Part shown: positions 15,734 to 20,000 of the stretch, one piece after another
Layout of the letters: the number at the start of each line of letters is the position of its first letter
How positions within the stretch are numbered: position 1 is the first letter of the stretch
Virus record (IMG/VR): IMGVR_UViG_2534681803_000003
Span: 54,044 to 74,043 of that record
Origin: an uncultured virus (IMG/VR IMGVR_UViG_2534681803_000003)
Taxonomy: Duplodnaviria > Heunggongvirae > Uroviricota > Caudoviricetes
DNA: 20,000 nt
Direction: 5' to 3' (one strand)
Notes under the pieces: generated by a model
The model's database searches: none
What the model was told of the DNA's origin: nothing
Seen by the model: the letters and a program-made list of their open reading frames with translations, nothing else
Program-made: the position numbers and the translations under genes

Positions 15734-15943
15734 CTATAATTCGTATTCATTAATCATTAAATTGGTACCGATAAATTGAATAGCTTTGTCAATTTTTATA
15801 TAACGCTTTTGTCCTCGACCAAATCTGTACATGCATTCTTTTTGAAACTCTTTGTTCGAGTAGACTTTTTTCTCTAGATCATCTTTTGAAATGCCACTTA
15901 TTTTTACAAACGCATTTGCGTCTGCATATCCGATGTATTCCAT
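15734..15943 (-). CDS. Small DNA-binding protein (DUF771/excisionase-like), candidate recombination directionality factor
   Basis: 69 aa; AGGAG RBS; helix-turn-helix plus basic wing (RFGRGQKRYIKI) pattern. Function is inferred. Confidence 0.65.
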   Translation of the reverse strand: MEYIGYADANAFVKISGISKDDLEKKVYSNKEFQKECMYRFGRGQKRYIKIDKAIQFIGTNLMINEYEL

Positions 15944-15967
15944 ATTCAGCCTCTCCTATATTTCATT

Positions 15968-16693
15968 TTAAAATTTCATTTCAATTTGCTTGATTCTGTA
16001 TAAAGTAGCTTGTGACGGGAACCAATTAGCAATCATTTCAATTACATCGTCGAAATGTTTTTGTCTTACGTTCGTTCTTGAACTCGCACCAGTCATCTTT
16101 TTCACTTCTGAATTAATATCCCTGAATAATTCGCTACGTTGTTTTTGGTTTGTTATCGCATGTAGTCTTTGTATATGAGCTACTCTTTGATTGATTGTTC
16201 TAGTTAAGAAGTTGTAGTCTCCCGCATCCAGTTTTTGATTTTCTTTCAAATCAATAACATCATCTTTCACATTTTTAATTTCTTGTTTTGTTTCTTCTGT
16301 AGCTTCAAACATTAATCTCAATGCTTGCATTGGGTCGCTAGGTACTTGGTACGCTCCGGTTTTTCTTAAAGTTGGTAAAACTTCCGAAGTTACCCAACGT
16401 TTGAATTTCCTAGCGGTTTCTCTAATGTTTTCGTTTTTACTTTGTTTAGAAGCATCAAAGATTAAACTGTATAAACCAGATTCATTGATGATGATCATAT
16501 TTCTGTTTTGACCTGACGCACTAATTTGGTGCATCAGCCTATCTTCACTATCAACATGATTGCGTATGGCATTATCTGCTCGTGCATATCCTAAAATTTC
16601 AGCAACATCTTTACCTAAAAAGAAGGGTTCTCCTTCCACTTCAATTTTCCTTACTGGTAATTCTTCAAAATTAAATGTTTGTAATGCTTGCAT
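15968..16693 (-). CDS. ant: Phage antirepressor (BRO-N plus ORF6C domain)
   Basis: PFFLGKDVAEILGY, INESGLYSLI and FKRWVTSEVLPTLRKTG BRO-N motifs; follows cro. Confidence 0.92.
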   Translation of the reverse strand: MQALQTFNFEELPVRKIEVEGEPFFLGKDVAEILGYARADNAIRNHVDSEDRLMHQISASGQNRNMIIINESGLYSLIFDASKQSKNENIRETARKFKRWVTSEVLPTLRKTGAYQVPSDPMQALRLMFEATEETKQEIKNVKDDVIDLKENQKLDAGDYNFLTRTINQRVAHIQRLHAITNQKQRSELFRDINSEVKKMTGASSRTNVRQKHFDDVIEMIANWFPSQATLYRIKQIEMKF

Positions 16694-16716
16694 TTGAGTT
16701 TCCTCCTTCAGTTTGT

Positions 16717-16947
16717 TTATTGTTCTTTTTCGGGAACGTTATTGGTAAAAAAAATATCTAAATTATTTGTTTCATAACCTAATATTTTTGCCATTTTAAT
16801 AAATTCATTCGCTCCAATATCTACTATCCCATTTTCCCTCTTTGCATAAGGTGTTCTTGTTTTCCACCCCATTTTGTGAGCCATTTCATCTTGTGTAATA
16901 CCACAAGCTATTCTTTCTGCTCTCAATCTTTTTAAATTTAGTACCAC
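16717..16947 (-). CDS. cro: Cro-like HTH regulator
   Basis: GTG start with AGGAGG RBS; XRE HTH; first gene of the lytic operon, divergent from the repressor. Confidence 0.9.
   Translation of the reverse strand: MVLNLKRLRAERIACGITQDEMAHKMGWKTRTPYAKRENGIVDIGANEFIKMAKILGYETNNLDIFFTNNVPEKEQ
16722..16737. promoter_or_regulatory. Distal operator (GTTC-N8-GAAC) in 3' end of cro
   Basis: GTTCTTTTTCGGGAAC shares TTTCGGGAAC with the operator at 17063-17078. Confidence 0.65.
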
Positions 16948-16963
16948 GTTTACACCTCCTGCC

Positions 16964-17111
16964 GTTCTCGTTTGAGAACTAAATACAATTTAACACTCTC
17001 GTTCTCATTCGTCAACACTTTTAACTAAAAAAATTCAAAAAGTTTTTTCTTTCTTATATATTGTATTCTTTCGGGAACGATGCTATAATCAAATTGTTCA
17101 CAAATAAGAAC
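16964..17111. promoter_or_regulatory. Lysis/lysogeny switch: divergent promoters and four operators
   Basis: Operators at 16964-79 GTTCTCGTTTGAGAAC, 17001-16, 17063-78 and 17096-111. P-cro (-): TTGACG(17010-15)-17-TAAATT(16987-92) with extended TG. P-cI (+): TTGTAT(17061-66)-17-TATAAT(17084-89) with extended TG. Confidence 0.85.
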
Positions 17112-17138
17112 AAATATTCAATTCAGGAGATACAAGAA

Positions 17139-17471
17139 ATGAGAACTAATGATGAAATAATCACAATAATTAAAACATCTATGAAAGAACAAAATATGTC
17201 ACTAAGTGAATTAGCTCGTCGTGTCGGTGTAGCAAAATCAGCGGTATCAAGATATTTAAATTTAACTAGAGAGTTCCCTTTAAATCGTGCCGAAGATTTT
17301 GCGAAAGTACTTGGAATAAAAACAGAATATTTATTAGGATTTGCTGAACGTGAAGAATCTACAAAACAAGATACTATCGCTGCACACTTAGACGGGGATT
17401 TTACAGAAGAAGAATTGATTGAAATCAGAAAGTATGCAGAGTTAGTAAGAAAAGCACATCGAAATCAGTAA
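17139..17471 (+). CDS. cI: CI/ImmR-like XRE repressor without autocleavage domain, 110 aa
   Basis: ATG 17139 with AGGAG RBS; N-terminal HTH (SLSELARRVGVAKSAVSRY); short C-terminus with TIAAH motif. Confidence 0.92.
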   Translation: MRTNDEIITIIKTSMKEQNMSLSELARRVGVAKSAVSRYLNLTREFPLNRAEDFAKVLGIKTEYLLGFAEREESTKQDTIAAHLDGDFTEEELIEIRKYAELVRKAHRNQ

Positions 17472-17482
17472 GGGGTAATTTT

Positions 17483-17941
17483 ATGTATTTATACGAAAAG
17501 ATGGTTATTGAAAACAAAGAAATTCCAATTGATGACAGGAAGTCTTTAGGTAATTTCGAGGGGTTCTATGATAATGGAGTAATTTTGATTAATAAGAATT
17601 TATCAGAAAGACGTAAAGCTGAAGTTTTATATGAGGAACTTGCACACCACAAGTTGACATACGGTAACATTTTAGATCAATCAAAATTTAATAATCGAAA
17701 ATTCGAAAATTATGCGAGACGCCACGGTTTTATTTCCGCTGTTCCGTTACGTGAAATTATAGAAGCTTATAATTACGGAGTTCGTAATTTATACGAATTG
17801 TCCGAATATCTTCAGTTAAGCGAAAGTTACATAAAAGAAGCACTCGAACATTATAAAAAGATTTATGGTATTGGAACTAACTATGGAGAATACTCAATAA
17901 CATTCGAACCATTAAGAGTATTTAAATATAAAGATATATAA
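17483..17941 (+). CDS. immA: ImmA/IrrE family metallo-endopeptidase (anti-repressor protease)
   Basis: ILINKNLSERRKAEVLYEELAHH (EExxH variant) and downstream KFENYAR; directly after the repressor. Confidence 0.9.
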   Translation: MYLYEKMVIENKEIPIDDRKSLGNFEGFYDNGVILINKNLSERRKAEVLYEELAHHKLTYGNILDQSKFNNRKFENYARRHGFISAVPLREIIEAYNYGVRNLYELSEYLQLSESYIKEALEHYKKIYGIGTNYGEYSITFEPLRVFKYKDI

Positions 17942-17959
17942 ACAAAGGAGAAATGAACA

Positions 17960-18889
17960 ATGAGAAGATTATTAGGTTTAGTATTAGCAAGTACGTTGGT
18001 GTTAGGCGCATGTGGTAGTGATGGAAACAAAAAAGAAAGTAATGACTCAAAAACTTCTGTAGATGAAAATAAAGCGCAATTTAAAAACGACACATTAGTT
18101 TTAGATCAAGCAGTCTTAAAAATTAAAGATGTATTTTTAATTAATGATAAGGATAACAAAAAGAGTAAAAAGAAGCTTATCGCATTTAAATATGAGGTTA
18201 AAAGTAAAGTTGATGACGACAAAATAACTTCAACTAATGTTTGGATTGCATCTATGAGTGCTACTCAAGATAGTAAAGATACCGTTAATAAATTAGAAAT
18301 GGATATTACGCCAAACACTGGCAAACTTGGAGAATGGAACAAACATAGTTTCGATAAAATTAAAAAAGGCGGAACCGCTAAAGGTCTTGTAACTTACCAA
18401 CTCCAAAATGACAATGAAGTTACTTTGCACGCTACAAAAGGTAGTGAAGACAAAAAATTAGGTACTAAAAAAATTGATATCAGTAAATTAAAAACAGTAG
18501 ATTATTCAGTTATGGAAGATTTCGACAATCCTACTACTAAAGAAGAATCACAAGATGATAGTGATAAAGTTTCGAGTGCCGAAGAACAAAGTGATGAAAA
18601 TAAGCAAAGTGCTTCTAATTCAAATAAAAATCAAACACAAAATAATCCCACTTCTAATAAAAACAACAATGCGCCAGTAAAAGATGAGTTTTCAAGCGAC
18701 ACATCTTATAACGCTTATCAAGAAGCTAAAAGAGCAACAGAAGAAAACAAACGTCAGAATGGTGGACATACTGCCGGCATAGGTGGTTCATGGGCAGTAC
18801 AAGACGGACAAGACTATAATTCATGGAAGAAAGCACAAAATGATTTTGACAATTTCAAACGTCAAAATAGTGAAGTGATTCAACAATAA
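17960..18889 (+). CDS. Lipoprotein (DUF5067-like N-terminal domain), putative superinfection exclusion or lysogenic conversion factor
   Basis: Signal peptide II with LGAC lipobox; beta-rich domain, low-complexity S/N/E/D linker, C-terminal repeat module; AAGGAG RBS. Confidence 0.85.
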   Translation: MRRLLGLVLASTLVLGACGSDGNKKESNDSKTSVDENKAQFKNDTLVLDQAVLKIKDVFLINDKDNKKSKKKLIAFKYEVKSKVDDDKITSTNVWIASMSATQDSKDTVNKLEMDITPNTGKLGEWNKHSFDKIKKGGTAKGLVTYQLQNDNEVTLHATKGSEDKKLGTKKIDISKLKTVDYSVMEDFDNPTTKEESQDDSDKVSSAEEQSDENKQSASNSNKNQTQNNPTSNKNNNAPVKDEFSSDTSYNAYQEAKRATEENKRQNGGHTAGIGGSWAVQDGQDYNSWKKAQNDFDNFKRQNSEVIQQ

Positions 18890-18895
18890 AATTTC

Positions 18896-18925
18896 GGGTA
18901 GTCTCGCCTACCCTTATTATTTTTT
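18896..18925 (+). terminator. Hairpin/terminator between lipoprotein and integrase
   Basis: GGGTAG-TCTCGC-CTACCC followed by TTATTATTTTTT. Confidence 0.6.
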
Positions 18926-18950
18926 GCCAATTTTGAGGAGGAAAAGTAAA

Positions 18951-20000
18951 ATGGCGTCATTTACAATTACAAAAAGGAAGAATAAAGCAACAGCATCTTG
19001 GCAGTACGACGTAAAACATCCGTCTTTCAAATCAGGAAAGAAAAGAAAGTCAGGATTCAAAACTAAAGCTGAGGCAACCAACGCTGCTCAACAACTGCTT
19101 AGAGATTTGGATGATGGAAACAATTTAGATGAAAATAAAAAGTTTGAAGAATATTACAATGATTGGTTAGATTCAAAAAATAAGAAACATGTCGCTTCAC
19201 AACAATTCTATTGGTATCAACGTTCATTAAAATTATTTAACGAATATTTCGGGAGTGATTTTTTAATAAAAAACATCAAACGTTCGGAGTATCAAAAGTT
19301 TTTGAACGAATTCGGTCGAGGTCGTACTAATGAAACGGTTCGTAAATTAAACAGTTGTTTATCACAATGCTTCAGAGATGCAGTATATGAGGGCTATTTA
19401 AAGAAAGACCCTAGCTATCAAATAGATATTCGTGGTACAAAAAAATCAAAAGACGAACACTCTAAATTCATCACCATAGAACAATACTTGCAATTGATAG
19501 AATACTTTAAATCTAGAGACGAATCGAGTTATATTTTTTTATTCATCCTAGCTATCACTGGTGCAAGATACAGCGATGTAATTAATATGTTGCCTATCGA
19601 TCTAAACGAAAAAGAGGGTACAATACATCTTCGTGGAACAAAAACAGTTAACGCGGACAGACTTGTGGAGGTACCAAAAAAGGATATACAACATATTAAA
19701 GCTAAATTATCAAAATTACCAAAACGTACAGATAATAAGTTGTTTAAATTGAGTCATAATGCCGTTAAAAAGTCATTTAACCATGCTAAGAGTCAAATAG
19801 GACTAAATGATACTAAAATAACACCTTATTCATTAAGACACACGCATACATCTTTCCTACTTTCTAAAGGTATACCTATTGAATATATTAGCAAAAGATT
19901 AGGCCATTATAATATATCTATAACTTTAGACACCTACTCTCACTTACTTGATGAACATAAAAAAGAGCAAGGTCAACGTGTCAGAAAATTATTTTCTTGA
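18951..20000 (+). CDS. int: Tyrosine integrase (Sa1int-related type), 349 aa
   Basis: ATG 18951 with GAGGAGG RBS; Arm-binding N-terminus (KSGFKTKAEA); catalytic TGAR, GTKT, YSLRH, LGH and DTY; TGA at 19998-20000. Confidence 0.96.
   Translation: MASFTITKRKNKATASWQYDVKHPSFKSGKKRKSGFKTKAEATNAAQQLLRDLDDGNNLDENKKFEEYYNDWLDSKNKKHVASQQFYWYQRSLKLFNEYFGSDFLIKNIKRSEYQKFLNEFGRGRTNETVRKLNSCLSQCFRDAVYEGYLKKDPSYQIDIRGTKKSKDEHSKFITIEQYLQLIEYFKSRDESSYIFLFILAITGARYSDVINMLPIDLNEKEGTIHLRGTKTVNADRLVEVPKKDIQHIKAKLSKLPKRTDNKLFKLSHNAVKKSFNHAKSQIGLNDTKITPYSLRHTHTSFLLSKGIPIEYISKRLGHYNISITLDTYSHLLDEHKKEQGQRVRKLFS

Larger units (their letters stand above)
1..20000. mobile_element. Temperate Staphylococcus aureus siphovirus/prophage (phi11/80alpha-like head module), lysogeny to head-morphogenesis portion
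   Basis: Contiguous modular order int - lysogeny - switch - replication - dut/rinB/rinA - terS/terL/portal/minor head/scaffold; AT-rich; proteins match recalled S. aureus phage families. Confidence 0.97.

Noticed and set aside
16964..17111. Switch palindromes as LexA boxes
   Set aside because: The Firmicute SOS box is GAAC-N4-GTTC; these are GTTC-N8-GAAC, with opposite orientation and different spacing
17953..18018. Out-of-frame ATG giving a 21-aa ORF over the lipoprotein start
   Set aside because: Only 2 nt from the SD; the ATG at 17960 has proper spacing
17881..18093. - strand 70-aa ORF in the lysogeny module as possible xis
   Set aside because: Antisense to immA and the lipoprotein; sequence is not Xis-like

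Overview
This window is the integrase-proximal ~20 kb of a temperate Staphylococcus aureus siphovirus or prophage with a phi11/80alpha-like, pac-type head module, shown in reverse orientation. Read from right to left it contains: (1) a + strand lysogeny operon of an ImmR-like repressor lacking an autocleavage domain, an ImmA/IrrE metallopeptidase, a lipoprotein and a tyrosine integrase that ends exactly at the window edge; (2) a divergent genetic switch with five GTTC-N8-GAAC operators; (3) a - strand early operon with cro, antirepressor, Sak recombinase, SSB, HNH protein, an initiator containing iterons, a G39P-like loader, a DnaB helicase, many small ORFs, dUTPase, rinB and rinA; (4) the start of the late packaging/head operon with terS, terL, portal, minor head protein and scaffold. 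The most interesting unexplained signals are a complete promoter-terminator unit predicting a ~58-nt antisense RNA inside the early operon, C-terminal sliding-clamp-binding-like motifs on three early proteins, a tandem covarying stem-loop motif in the scaffold leader, and intrinsic terminators inside the late operon. All family assignments come from recognising motifs and synteny, not from database searches.
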